Assembly: GCA_024654025.1 (NCBI GenBank)
Contig: JANLIR010000002.1
Coordinates: 21,885-85,884, forward strand
Source: Candidatus Wolfebacteria bacterium
GTDB taxonomy: Bacteria; Patescibacteriota; Minisyncoccia; UBA6257; UBA9933
Reading direction: 5' to 3'
Length of the DNA stretch: 64,000 nt
In this document: one piece after another, positions 27,224-36,700 of the stretch
How positions within the stretch are numbered: position 1 is the stretch's first letter
Layout of the letters: every line of letters begins with the position of its first letter
Made by a program: the position numbers and the translations under genes
Notes under the pieces: model-generated
Database searches by the model: none
What the model was told of the DNA's origin: nothing
The model's input: the letters and a program-made list of their open reading frames with translations, nothing else

Positions 27224-28705
27224 CTATAACTTTTTTAGTTTATTATACGCTTTAACGAAAGCCGATTTAAAAATGCTCCATCGGTGTTTTCTCCAATAAT
27301 ACGGGGCTTTCTCAAAAATCATCGTTTGAAGTTTTAGGGGAATTATCGATTTTAACCAAAAAACAACATTAAAAAATAATAACAAAATTTTATTGGATTT
27401 ATAAGGCGGGGATAGTTCCAGAATTGCTTTGAAAATACTTTTTCTAAAACAGGTATCTTTTTCCGGCAAAACATTTTTTTTCTTCAGTAAATAGTAGGTG
27501 AATATTTTTCCCCGTGGCGGCGCCAATCTTATCTGTCCCCTGTCTTTCCAGACCAAAGAAATATCGGACCGGTTTTCCAAAACCTCCGCGCATTTGTTAA
27601 ACCAATCCTCGTCTAAATATTCGCCGCCCGGTCGAGCATTAAATATATAACCCTCTCTTGATTCCGAAACTCCTTTTAGAAATAACTTAAAATAATCTTC
27701 ATCTTGAGAAAAAACCAGTTTAAGCTTCGGAAACTTTTTGCTTATTTCTTTTATTCCTTCACTCTTTTTGCCACAGACCACTATGTGTTCGAAATTCGTA
27801 TAACCCTGTTCGGACACGCTCTCTATGGTTTTTACCAATTTATCAAGGCTTTCGTCTCCCATAAACGGCGAAATAACGGATATTTTCGGCGTGCGCAGAT
27901 CAAATTTCCCATCGAACTTTTTTCCTGAACGCAAAAACTTAAAAGCGGAGTCATAAGACACTTTAGGAAAGGGATTATAAAAGCTGATTTCCGAACAAAT
28001 TAAAATATCGATCGGTTTAAGATTGTAAATTTTATAAATATTTTTAACCGAAATAGGAGCTACCGGATTAAAATATTTATTCGTATCGTTAATAAGATCT
28101 TGACGCGGCGACGGAGTAAGTTCGCCCTGACGATAATAATAAATATTTTTGTCGCTATAGCCGTCTCCTCCAAAAATAACAACTTTTGAAGCTCCTCCCA
28201 CTAAAGCGATATGAACCGCCGCCAACAAAGAATTACTAACCATAAAATGGAGAGGTTTTTGCTCATTAGGAACATCTTTGGCTTCGCTTAATCCGAAGAA
28301 AAAAAGTTTTTTGTCGTATTTTTTTAAAAAATCTTTGAGCTTGAAATCCTTACCCATCAAATCAAAAGTCCCCCGGTAAAACGAGGATGCCAAAACATTA
28401 TTGTCGCCTCTTTCAAGAAAATCTATGCTTCCTTTAATATACTCCGGCATTCCCTCGCGACTGCTGTTTAAAATCAGAGAAAAACGCTTTCCTATCTTCC
28501 CTAAAATATGATTTTCGGCGACCGAATAATTATTCATCCCGAAATAACAGATATCGACATTTTTTAATTCTTCAATCCTTTTTTCCAATTCGGCAATAGA
28601 GGGCCCTGCGGCAAGAATAGCCACCGGCCTTTTGTTGATAATCTTTCGCAAGCGATCTAACCGCTCTTTTGAGTTGGGCAAATAATCTTTCGATGAAAAG
28701 TCCAT
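27224..28705 (-). CDS. Two-domain transferase: N-terminal Maf/DUF115-like domain plus C-terminal GT2-like domain
   Basis: The N-terminus has a VAILAAGPS glycine-rich loop resembling motility-accessory-factor/DUF115 proteins. The C-terminal half ISVISPFMGDESLDKLVKTIESVSEQGYTNFEHIVVCG is GT-A-like. Confidence 0.4.
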   Translation of the reverse strand: MDFSSKDYLPNSKERLDRLRKIINKRPVAILAAGPSIAELEKRIEELKNVDICYFGMNNYSVAENHILGKIGKRFSLILNSSREGMPEYIKGSIDFLERGDNNVLASSFYRGTFDLMGKDFKLKDFLKKYDKKLFFFGLSEAKDVPNEQKPLHFMVSNSLLAAVHIALVGGASKVVIFGGDGYSDKNIYYYRQGELTPSPRQDLINDTNKYFNPVAPISVKNIYKIYNLKPIDILICSEISFYNPFPKVSYDSAFKFLRSGKKFDGKFDLRTPKISVISPFMGDESLDKLVKTIESVSEQGYTNFEHIVVCGKKSEGIKEISKKFPKLKLVFSQDEDYFKLFLKGVSESREGYIFNARPGGEYLDEDWFNKCAEVLENRSDISLVWKDRGQIRLAPPRGKIFTYYLLKKKNVLPEKDTCFRKSIFKAILELSPPYKSNKILLLFFNVVFWLKSIIPLKLQTMIFEKAPYYWRKHRWSIFKSAFVKAYNKLKKL

Positions 28706-28714
28706 TTTTTAAAA

Positions 28715-29659
28715 TTAAAGTTTTTTAGAAGCAACAACAAAAATATTGGAGGTTATTTCATTATCGCTTAATATTTTTCTGTATTCAGCGTCAAAATCTT
28801 TGAAAAGCGCGTTTAATTTATCGCCGATTTCCGAATGCTCCTTAGAAAATTCGATATTTGGCTTATCCAAACCGAAACGGCAATCTTCTTGAGGGCCGTT
28901 CATAAAATACCAATAAAAATGATTCAATAAATTATAGTCCTGGATAAAATGAATTTCGTCTATTTTATATCCGGTTTTTTCGAAAAGTTTTTCCAAACTT
29001 TTTTTGGAAAAATAGTGAGTATGCGCTTCGTGATAATAAAACCTTTGATAAGCCGGTATTTGCCACACTTTTAAAAGAGCGTCATACAAATTAGGGACCT
29101 CGATAAAAATTTTTCCTCCGTCTTTCAAATGCTTTTTAACATCAAATAAGAACTCCGCGGGATTTAATGTATGCTCTAATACTTGAAATGCGGCTATAAA
29201 ATCAAAGCTCTCTTTTTCGAAACCGCATTGGCTAAGCTCATTTTTACAAACCTTTATATTGAACTTATTTTCAACAAAATCAGCGCATTTGGAATCCAGC
29301 TCAACACCCTCGCATTTTTCGAAAGAATCTTTAATGTGCCGTAAAAATTGGCCGGCCGAACATCCAATTTCAAGAAATGATTTATTTTTATCAAAATATT
29401 TTTTAACGATATCGATACGGTCATCCTGATAATTTTTTCTCGAGTTAAAAATATCTTCGGGGTCGGATTCCGGTTTCTTTAAATGATCGGTAAATTTTTT
29501 TCTGTATTCGCTGTCGTAATATTCTTTTACGTTTAAATCACGCGGTTCCAAAACCCCCAAATCGCAATTCGGACAATAATAAACCCTGCCCTCCGTTCCC
29601 CCCCTTAGTGTTTGGGTTATTAAACTTAAATTGCCGTTGCCGCAAATTTTACATTCCAT
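28715..29659 (-). CDS. SAM-dependent methyltransferase with an N-terminal zinc ribbon
   Basis: CKICGN...YYCPNCD Cys4, then EIGCSAGQFLRHI (motif I). Confidence 0.65.
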   Translation of the reverse strand: MECKICGNGNLSLITQTLRGGTEGRVYYCPNCDLGVLEPRDLNVKEYYDSEYRKKFTDHLKKPESDPEDIFNSRKNYQDDRIDIVKKYFDKNKSFLEIGCSAGQFLRHIKDSFEKCEGVELDSKCADFVENKFNIKVCKNELSQCGFEKESFDFIAAFQVLEHTLNPAEFLFDVKKHLKDGGKIFIEVPNLYDALLKVWQIPAYQRFYYHEAHTHYFSKKSLEKLFEKTGYKIDEIHFIQDYNLLNHFYWYFMNGPQEDCRFGLDKPNIEFSKEHSEIGDKLNALFKDFDAEYRKILSDNEITSNIFVVASKKL

Positions 29660-29667
29660 TTTAAAAA

Positions 29668-30411
29668 TTACGCTTCTTTGGAAAAATTCGCTTTAAGATA
29701 ATCGTAAAGATTATTGCTTTTTTTAATGTCATATTCCAAATACTCAAAATCTTCCGGCCGATCAATCTCCACAATAATTGGAGTAATGAAACTCAAAATC
29801 CTCGGCCCAAAAACCATTTTACCTTCTTTAATAAAACCGCTTCTCACTATATCAACATAACCATTTGGGTGATACGCCTTGGGAAACATTTGACGCGGTA
29901 AATCATGATAATCAGACCGAGGATCATTCGGAAAAAACCCTTTAAAATATCCGTCTTCGCCAATTTGAAACATTTTTTGGGGCGGCTCTGCCAATTCATG
30001 AGCCGAGCGAAGAGATGTCGCCTGATCATCCGCTATAAAAATATCTATGGCTGAATCAATTAATTTTAAATCGCGAAAAGGCGTCGTCGGCCTTAAATAA
30101 ACCAATAAATCCGGAACTGCGCCTTCATTTTTTTCAAACCAATCAACAGCATGGCTTAACACGTCAAAATCCGTTGATTTATCTTGGGCAAATTCCGAAG
30201 GGCGCATGAACGGTACTTCAGCGCCATATTTTTTCGCAATTTCGGCGATTTCTTCGGAATCAGTCGAAACGATAGTCCTTTGGATATTTTTTGAAAGTTT
30301 GGAGGCAGCAATTGAATAAGCAATTAGCGGAAATCCGCCTAAAAGACGAACATTCTTTTTGGGGACGCCTTTTGATCCTCCTCTAGCCGGTATAATTGAG
30401 TAAATTTTCAT
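29668..30411 (-). CDS. CMP-sugar (acylneuraminate/Kdo-type) cytidylyltransferase
   Basis: MKIYSIIPARGGSKGVPKKNVRLLGGFPLIAYSI is the CMP-NeuAc/CMP-Kdo synthetase N-terminal signature. Confidence 0.75.
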   Translation of the reverse strand: MKIYSIIPARGGSKGVPKKNVRLLGGFPLIAYSIAASKLSKNIQRTIVSTDSEEIAEIAKKYGAEVPFMRPSEFAQDKSTDFDVLSHAVDWFEKNEGAVPDLLVYLRPTTPFRDLKLIDSAIDIFIADDQATSLRSAHELAEPPQKMFQIGEDGYFKGFFPNDPRSDYHDLPRQMFPKAYHPNGYVDIVRSGFIKEGKMVFGPRILSFITPIIVEIDRPEDFEYLEYDIKKSNNLYDYLKANFSKEA

Positions 30412-30475
30412 AAGAATAAAATATTAGGATAGTAAAAACATAGCGAAAAATTCGTTCTTGGTCAAATACAATAAT

Positions 30476-30506
30476 AAAAACCGCGGTCACATCACTGTGG
30501 CCGCGG
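30476..30506 (-). terminator. Rho-independent terminator downstream of the NeuB-like gene
   Basis: GC-rich hairpin CCGCGGTCACA-TCAC-TGTGGCCGCGG preceded on the + strand by AAAAA (a U-run on the minus-strand transcript). Confidence 0.6.
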
Positions 30507-30547
30507 CACTTTTCAAAACCCGAACAAGGTCCAGATAACCGCTTAAA

Positions 30548-31453
30548 TCACCTACCTCCGACATAATACGGCAGCAGGGTTTCCTTTCGTCTCAGTTTTT
30601 TCGCGATGGGAATTTCGGTCTCGAGAATTTCTTTCGTGTGGTTCCCGAGATAAGTCGGAAGCGATCGTAGCTCTTTTGTCAGCTTTACAAGCCCGCCGAC
30701 TTCCAAGCTGGCAGCTTGATCGCTGCCCCACATCGCCCGGTCCAAAGTGATGTGCCTTTCGACAACTCGGGCGCCAAGCGTCGCGGCAACAAGAGACGCG
30801 TACGCACCCACTTCGTGCCCCGAATAACCGATAATCGCTCTGGGGAATTCATTGATCAGCCGCGGTATGTTGTTAAGATGAAGCTCCGAGTCCTTCGACG
30901 GATAAGTGGAAGTGCAGTGAAGAATCACGAGCCCGTCTTCACCCAGAGTGTCAACGATCTTTTCGATCATCTTGTCATCGCTCATGCCAGTAGAAACGAT
31001 TACCTGCCGACCCTTAGACTTTACGTACTCCAAAAGTTCCCGGTCGGTGTTGGTGGCAGAAGCGATTTTGTAGCACGGCGGGTTATATTGCTCCAGAAAA
31101 TCCACGCTTTGTTCATCCCACGGCGAGGCAAACCACATTATGCCTTTTTCCTCACAGTAACAGTGGATTTCATCGTATTCATCCTTACCGAACTCCAGAC
31201 CCCTTTTTAAATCACCGTTGGTCACGCCAAACGGATTTTCCCGAGGCCGCGCCAACTCTTCGGAAGTATATACCACTTCAATCGTCCGCTTCTGGAATTT
31301 CACTGCGTCACAACCCGCTTCAACAGCAGCATCGATAAGTTGTTTGGTAATATCAATGTCTCCGTTGTGGTTGATGCCGATTTCCGCGATAACGAATACG
31401 GGCTGGCCTTCGCCCACCAGTTTCGGCCCGATCTTGACTATTCTCATCCTCAT
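30548..31453 (-). CDS. NeuB-family PEP-condensing sugar synthase (sialic acid / Kdn-9-P synthase-like); short form without a C-terminal SAF domain
   Basis: MRMRIVKIGPKLVGEGQPVFVIAEIGINHNGDIDITKQLIDAAVEAGCDAVKFQKRT is the NeuB/SpsE N-terminus. Only 301 aa. GC of sampled 60-mers is 48-65% against ~38% in neighbouring genes. Confidence 0.7.
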   Translation of the reverse strand: MRMRIVKIGPKLVGEGQPVFVIAEIGINHNGDIDITKQLIDAAVEAGCDAVKFQKRTIEVVYTSEELARPRENPFGVTNGDLKRGLEFGKDEYDEIHCYCEEKGIMWFASPWDEQSVDFLEQYNPPCYKIASATNTDRELLEYVKSKGRQVIVSTGMSDDKMIEKIVDTLGEDGLVILHCTSTYPSKDSELHLNNIPRLINEFPRAIIGYSGHEVGAYASLVAATLGARVVERHITLDRAMWGSDQAASLEVGGLVKLTKELRSLPTYLGNHTKEILETEIPIAKKLRRKETLLPYYVGGR

Positions 31454-31650
31454 CCCCTTTCCTTATGTTTTTTTTAAAATCTTGGTAGATTTGCTGGCAT
31501 CACTATAAAGATAAAAAGACAGTTAGTCAATAACGCCTAGAATTACCAAGCACTACGGCTCCACCCTTAATAATAGGTCTTAAAAAAAACCCCGTTGCAG
31601 TACCACACAAGCAACGGGGGCTTAACCCAAACCGTACGCAGGAGATTTTT

Positions 31651-33045
31651 TTAGACATCTCTAAATCCCCTGAAATTCACGTTTTTCTCCAGATACAACC
31701 GCGCAGCTGCCTCAATATGCCGCTCGGACTGATCGATATGAAATTTCTCGATCAGCTTTTTATTTACCTCAAACAATAATCTGTGCACCTTATCATCACT
31801 CATATCGGTAAAATTGACGGCCAGCAGATCGGAGTTTAAGTGTTTTCTTTCGTAAAAATCTTCCGGACCATCAAGAAGACCTTTTTCTATGGCGTAGTAA
31901 TACAACGGCGAACCAGGATACGGAGTAACCGGCCGGATAGTCCGAAGTTGAGAATGATCGTCATATTTCAACAAAAACTCCAATCCCATTCTCAACGACT
32001 GAGCCGTCTCGCCAATATTACCGAAAATAATATTGAATCCCGGGCTAATTCCCACCATAAGCGTATTTCTGATTCCGCTTTCAATCTGCTTTACCGTCAA
32101 CGCCTTATTCATTCTTTTCAGAGCCGCTTCGTCCATTGATTCAATGCCATAATTGATGAAAACACAGCCGGACTTTTTCATCAGCCGTAAAACATCCGGC
32201 TTAGCGTAATTGAGCCTGCCATTGCATTCCCAGTTTATTTTCAAATTCGCATCCAAAAAAACCTGGCACAACTCTTTTACACGCTGCTCTGAATTCATCA
32301 ACAATTCATCATAAAAGGCGAAATAATCTATCTGGTAGCAATCTTGAAGGGTTTTTATCTCCTCAACGATACTTCGCGAACTTCGAATCCTGAGCCCTTG
32401 GTCCATTCGATAACAAAAGTTGCATTTGAATTTACAGCCCCTTCCAGAAAGCATTATCATGCACCGCTGAGAATTCAAAATATTGGGCATTCTTGCCAGT
32501 GCGTAATGCTCCATAGGAAAAAGATCCCAGGCTGGAAACGGAATCCGATTAATATCCGCAATCAGTTCCCGCCTCTTGTTTTGGACGAACTGCCCGTTGT
32601 CGCAATCAAAAAAAGCAATGCCGCTAATATCCTTGAAGCTTCTGGAAGTTTCCAAAACGCTCAATAATTCCACAAAGGTTTCCTCGCCTTCGCCGATAAC
32701 CACCGCGTCAGCTCCGGTTTTTTTCAAAAAATATTCCGGTTCAGGAGAAGGGCCATGACCACCGATAACAAAAAACGGCCTGTTTTTGGAGTTATTTATC
32801 GCAACCGAAATCTTTAACAATTTCCGGTATTGATAATATCCCCCGATTACGCCGACGCCGATTACATCCCAGGCTTCGTTGTTCAAAAAATTAGTCAGGT
32901 GCTCTTCGGGCCAGTGATAAACGTCCTGATTGTAAATCCTTACCTCGTGTCCGGCCAAGCGGCAAGCTGACGCAAGATACGCCAACCCAAGCGGAAAAAA
33001 AGAAATGTGCGAATCATTGTCGTAAGCGACCAAAAGAACCTTCAT
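31651..33045 (-). CDS. B12-binding radical SAM enzyme (class B radical SAM, probable methyltransferase)
   Basis: N-terminal B12-binding domain (MKVLLVAYDNDSHISFFPLGLAYLASA), then a GRGCKFKCNFC CxxxCxxC cluster. The start was chosen at 33045 because of a strong AGGGGGA RBS 5 nt upstream; the track start at 33135 is probably too long. Confidence 0.7.
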   Translation of the reverse strand: MKVLLVAYDNDSHISFFPLGLAYLASACRLAGHEVRIYNQDVYHWPEEHLTNFLNNEAWDVIGVGVIGGYYQYRKLLKISVAINNSKNRPFFVIGGHGPSPEPEYFLKKTGADAVVIGEGEETFVELLSVLETSRSFKDISGIAFFDCDNGQFVQNKRRELIADINRIPFPAWDLFPMEHYALARMPNILNSQRCMIMLSGRGCKFKCNFCYRMDQGLRIRSSRSIVEEIKTLQDCYQIDYFAFYDELLMNSEQRVKELCQVFLDANLKINWECNGRLNYAKPDVLRLMKKSGCVFINYGIESMDEAALKRMNKALTVKQIESGIRNTLMVGISPGFNIIFGNIGETAQSLRMGLEFLLKYDDHSQLRTIRPVTPYPGSPLYYYAIEKGLLDGPEDFYERKHLNSDLLAVNFTDMSDDKVHRLLFEVNKKLIEKFHIDQSERHIEAAARLYLEKNVNFRGFRDV

Positions 33046-33138
33046 CGTATCCCCCTTTAATCCATTTTTTATTTTTAAGCTTCCGCTATGAGTTTTATCC
33101 AAAAACCGCAAAGTGTCAATAAACCAAAAATTCAAAAA

Positions 33139-33978
33139 TTACCAAGCGCTCCGGCCGCCTTCAATAACAAGCGTTGCTCCGGTCATATATGAAGAGGCAT
33201 CTGAAACAAGAAACAAAACAGCGGCGTTATATTCGTTTTGATCAGCCATTCTTCCCATAGGAATAAGATTAGAAAGTTTCTGCAAAAACTCTTCGTTATG
33301 ATCTCTATACACTCCGCCCGGGGCAATAGCGTTTACCCTGACTCCATTTTTCGCCCAATAGGTCGCTAGATACTTCGTAAGCCCAATAAAAGCATGCTTC
33401 TCAACGGAATAAGTCACCGGCTTTACCGGCTGTTCAAATTCAGGCACTCCCTCTTTCTTGTAAATCCGCTGATCCGGAGCGATAATTCCCAAATCGGAAG
33501 CGATATTTAAAATAACTCCTTTGTTTTGAGACGCCATATAACTACCAAACACCTGACTGCATAAAAAAGCTCCTTTAAGCCCGACATTAAGCGCTTCATC
33601 CCATTCTGTTTCGCTAAAATTTTCAAAACGAGAGGAAATGTCTTTTTCTTTTCCTTGTATTGTGGGGTTCGGATTATGCGAAGCGCAATTTATCAGTACG
33701 TCAATTCGGTTGTATTGTTTTAAAATCAATTCTTTAGCTTTCTCCAGTTCATCTTTATTCGCTATATCAACTTTTAATCCCATCACTTCAACTTTGTATT
33801 TTTCTTTAAAACTGGTCACTAAAGATTTTAATTTTTCTTCATCAACGTCAAAAAGGACAGGAATGCCTTTCGCGTCTAATATCGCTTGCGCAAACCGGCT
33901 TCCCAAAAATCCCGCGCCGCCGGTAATAATACATATTCTGCCGTCAATTAAAAATTTTTGAAGCGTATTTTCATCCAT
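33139..33978 (-). CDS. Short-chain dehydrogenase/reductase (SDR)
   Basis: ICIITGGAGFLGSRFAQAIL Rossmann motif; YSVEKHA is close to YxxxK. Confidence 0.7.
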   Translation of the reverse strand: MDENTLQKFLIDGRICIITGGAGFLGSRFAQAILDAKGIPVLFDVDEEKLKSLVTSFKEKYKVEVMGLKVDIANKDELEKAKELILKQYNRIDVLINCASHNPNPTIQGKEKDISSRFENFSETEWDEALNVGLKGAFLCSQVFGSYMASQNKGVILNIASDLGIIAPDQRIYKKEGVPEFEQPVKPVTYSVEKHAFIGLTKYLATYWAKNGVRVNAIAPGGVYRDHNEEFLQKLSNLIPMGRMADQNEYNAAVLFLVSDASSYMTGATLVIEGGRSAW

Positions 33979-33988
33979 AATTTATATT

Positions 33989-34933
33989 TTATAATTTAGG
34001 CCAAAGCGCCGGATCAACTTGCTTCGGATCATCAATGGCTAATTTTTGTAAAGCGCTTATAGTATCTTCGCTAAGCGGCCCCGCCGAAATCGCGCTAATC
34101 ATGGATTTTAAATGTTCCTTTCGATTAGTACCGACTAAAACACTAGTAACTGATTCGTTTGAAATAGCAAAACGAATAGCGAGCGTAGGCAAATCCATGC
34201 CCGCTTCCTTCGCGATATTATCAGCTTTATCCGCATTTAGTTTTAAAGACGCTAACTCGTCCGGAAGCTTCGCCCTAAGAGGCGTTAAAGATCCCTTAAG
34301 AAGAACAGAACGGTTAACAACCCCTACATTACTTTTTTTTGCGTATGGCAAAACTTCTTTTGCCATACGCTGGTCTAAAATACTATATGCCACTTGAATT
34401 ACATCAAAAAATCCGCTTTCAATGGCCGCAAGAGCATTATCTTCGCCACGCAAAGAAATCCCGAAATTTTTTACCTTTCCTTCACTTCTAATCTTACTTA
34501 AAATATCCGTTACCTCGCCTTTTTCAATATCAACACGCGTTCCCCCATGAAGATAAAGCAATGGCAAGACATCAAGTTGAAGTTTTTTCAAACTTGTTTC
34601 AACTTCATCACGGACGCGAAGTTCCATCTCATCGTACGGAAGTTTTTCTCCTTTTTCCAAAAATTGAGCGCATTTCGTTCCCACAAGAATATCCGGGTTT
34701 TTCAAAATTCCCGACCTGCCAATTCGCTCCTCTGAAAGAGCGTAAACATGAGCGGTATCAAAATAAGTGACGCCCATATCAGCCGCGGCTTTAAGCAAAT
34801 AATCCGCTTCGTCGTCAGAAGGCAAATGACGTTCTCCTATGCCGTATGCAAAACCGATTTCGGCAGTGCCCAAACCAATAAGAGACACTTCCTTTTCGGT
34901 ACGACCTAGTAACCGTGATAAAATCTTATCCAT
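33989..34933 (-). CDS. Aldo/keto reductase
   Basis: 314 aa AKR-like (VTYFDTAHVYA...), with a predicted TIM-barrel oxidoreductase architecture. Confidence 0.65.
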   Translation of the reverse strand: MDKILSRLLGRTEKEVSLIGLGTAEIGFAYGIGERHLPSDDEADYLLKAAADMGVTYFDTAHVYALSEERIGRSGILKNPDILVGTKCAQFLEKGEKLPYDEMELRVRDEVETSLKKLQLDVLPLLYLHGGTRVDIEKGEVTDILSKIRSEGKVKNFGISLRGEDNALAAIESGFFDVIQVAYSILDQRMAKEVLPYAKKSNVGVVNRSVLLKGSLTPLRAKLPDELASLKLNADKADNIAKEAGMDLPTLAIRFAISNESVTSVLVGTNRKEHLKSMISAISAGPLSEDTISALQKLAIDDPKQVDPALWPKL

Positions 34934-35423
34934 TATTTAAAATATTATCAGCCCTGTCTTTTAATATCAAATCACAAATTTCTCTAACAGCGTGGTCGCC
35001 TCCTTTTCTTGTAGTTACATAATGCGCTATTTTTTTACACTCCTCGTCTCCGTCTGCAACTGTAAAGGCGGTGCCAACAAATTTTAAACATTCAAGGTCA
35101 TTTATATCGTCTCCCATAAACGCCGTTTCTTCGACTAAAATATTTTCTCGCTCGATAAGTTGCTTTAAAATATCTATTTTTTTATCAGCGCTCTGAAAAC
35201 ATTCTATTTCCATCTTTTCGCATCTTTTTTTAACAATCAAATTCTTTTCTTTAGAAATGACGGCTAGTTTTATCCCGGCATTCTTTAACTCCGAGAAGCG
35301 CAAAGTATCCTTCCGGCTGCAAATAACGCTTTCAGTTCCGTTTTGATCTGTTAATACTTTGCCGTCGGTAAAAACGCCGTCGAAATCGAAAACTATCAAT
35401 TTGATTTTAGAAAAATCTTTCAT
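34926..35423 (-). CDS. KdsC-family HAD phosphatase (Kdo-8-P / Kdn-9-P phosphatase-like)
   Basis: IKLIVFDFDGVFTDGKV (motif I DxDGV) and AFMGDDINDLE (motif IV); 165 aa, typical of the C0 subfamily. Confidence 0.75.
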   Translation of the reverse strand: MKDFSKIKLIVFDFDGVFTDGKVLTDQNGTESVICSRKDTLRFSELKNAGIKLAVISKEKNLIVKKRCEKMEIECFQSADKKIDILKQLIERENILVEETAFMGDDINDLECLKFVGTAFTVADGDEECKKIAHYVTTRKGGDHAVREICDLILKDRADNILNNG

Positions 35424-35437
35424 TTTTAAATCTTTAA

Positions 35438-36700
35438 TTAATTTCCCGCGGACGAAAGTATCGCCTCCGTGATAACCATAACCGCCTCACGAATGGCTTC
35501 AGCGGTTATAGTTAAAGGAGGGGCTATTTTTATAGATTTTTTAAAAGTACAAACCGGCAGAACTCCGTTATAAATGCATTTTTTAACAATCTCCGTAGCA
35601 ATGTCGGCATTTTCAAAAATTATACCCGCAATCAGCCCCTTCACGTTTACAAGCTTAACCAAACTTAAATCTGCAAGATTGCCGATTTCCTTCTCAAAAA
35701 TTTGAATCGTTTCTTGACGTTTTACGCTTTGCTCTTCGGAACTTAAAAACTCTAAATTTGCCAATCCCGCCGCGCAACAAATTGGATTCCCGGAATGAGT
35801 TCCGTGCAAATCAGTATTTTCGTCAACATCAGCCAATTCTTTTCTCATTAAAACCGCTGAAATAGGCAGGGACGAAGATATGCCCTTACCTACACAAATC
35901 AAATCCGGCTCTAAATCGCCGTAAGTCATATATCCGTATACAGGCCCCATCCGATAAAATCCGGATTGCATTTCGTCAAAACAAACCAAAGCTCCGGCTT
36001 CTTTAGCAAATTTATACAAGTCGCCTATAAATTTTTCTGGATAAAACCAAGCTCCCCATCCTTGGAATGTCTCAAGAAAAAAAGCGGCAATCTGATCCTT
36101 TGGGGGCAACTTACTTTCGTCAAACTGAACAAAATCTTCATAAGGAAAGTCCAAAAAATAAACATCGTCGTCAGACACATTAGCCCATTGAGCGTTACTT
36201 TTATTTACTCCTATTAAATCATTACTCAAACCTCTTCCATGATAACTACCCGTAAAAGTGATTATATATTTTTTATTATTTTTTTTAGCCCATAGTTTTA
36301 TCAGTTTATACGCGCCATCAACAGCTTCGGACCCGGAATTTAATAGAACAACCTTGCTGAAATATTTTGGAGATATTTCCAATAGCTTAGAAATAAATTT
36401 ATATTTTATAGCTGTCGGATAATTGTAAGAGAACATCAAATCCGAATCTAACTGCTTTTTTATGGCTTCTTTTATAAAAGGGTTGGAGTGGCCGGCGTTG
36501 GCGACAAAAATACCGGAAGTTAAATCTATCCATTTGTTTCCCTGCTCGTCATAAACTGAAAAATCAATCGCTTTATCCCAAGTTAAAGAAATAGGATTGA
36601 CCGCCGGAATCGGCTCCAGTTCGGATATTTTTTCATATAATTCATTATTTTCCAGTGAAAAATCTTTTCGTATCTGCCTATATTTTGTATTAATTTTCAT
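35438..36700 (-). CDS. Class III PLP-dependent aminotransferase
   Basis: 420 aa; ...LLNSGSEAVDGAYKLIKLWA...FTGSYHGR...DEMQSGFYRMGPVYG..., with a conserved Lys in ICVGKGISS. Confidence 0.7.
   Translation of the reverse strand: MKINTKYRQIRKDFSLENNELYEKISELEPIPAVNPISLTWDKAIDFSVYDEQGNKWIDLTSGIFVANAGHSNPFIKEAIKKQLDSDLMFSYNYPTAIKYKFISKLLEISPKYFSKVVLLNSGSEAVDGAYKLIKLWAKKNNKKYIITFTGSYHGRGLSNDLIGVNKSNAQWANVSDDDVYFLDFPYEDFVQFDESKLPPKDQIAAFFLETFQGWGAWFYPEKFIGDLYKFAKEAGALVCFDEMQSGFYRMGPVYGYMTYGDLEPDLICVGKGISSSLPISAVLMRKELADVDENTDLHGTHSGNPICCAAGLANLEFLSSEEQSVKRQETIQIFEKEIGNLADLSLVKLVNVKGLIAGIIFENADIATEIVKKCIYNGVLPVCTFKKSIKIAPPLTITAEAIREAVMVITEAILSSAGN

Noticed and set aside
30548-31453. Calling the NeuB homolog a bona fide N-acetylneuraminate synthase (neuB)
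   Set aside because: Family membership is clear, but the substrate (ManNAc, Man-6-P, 2,4-diacetamido sugars) cannot be read from the sequence here, and the protein lacks the C-terminal SAF domain. It is kept as 'NeuB-family'.
30716-31508. Long + strand ORFs (164 aa and 96 aa) opposite the NeuB-like gene
   Set aside because: No recognisable motifs; they coincide with the GC-rich segment, where antisense open frames are expected; the minus-strand NeuB homology is unambiguous.
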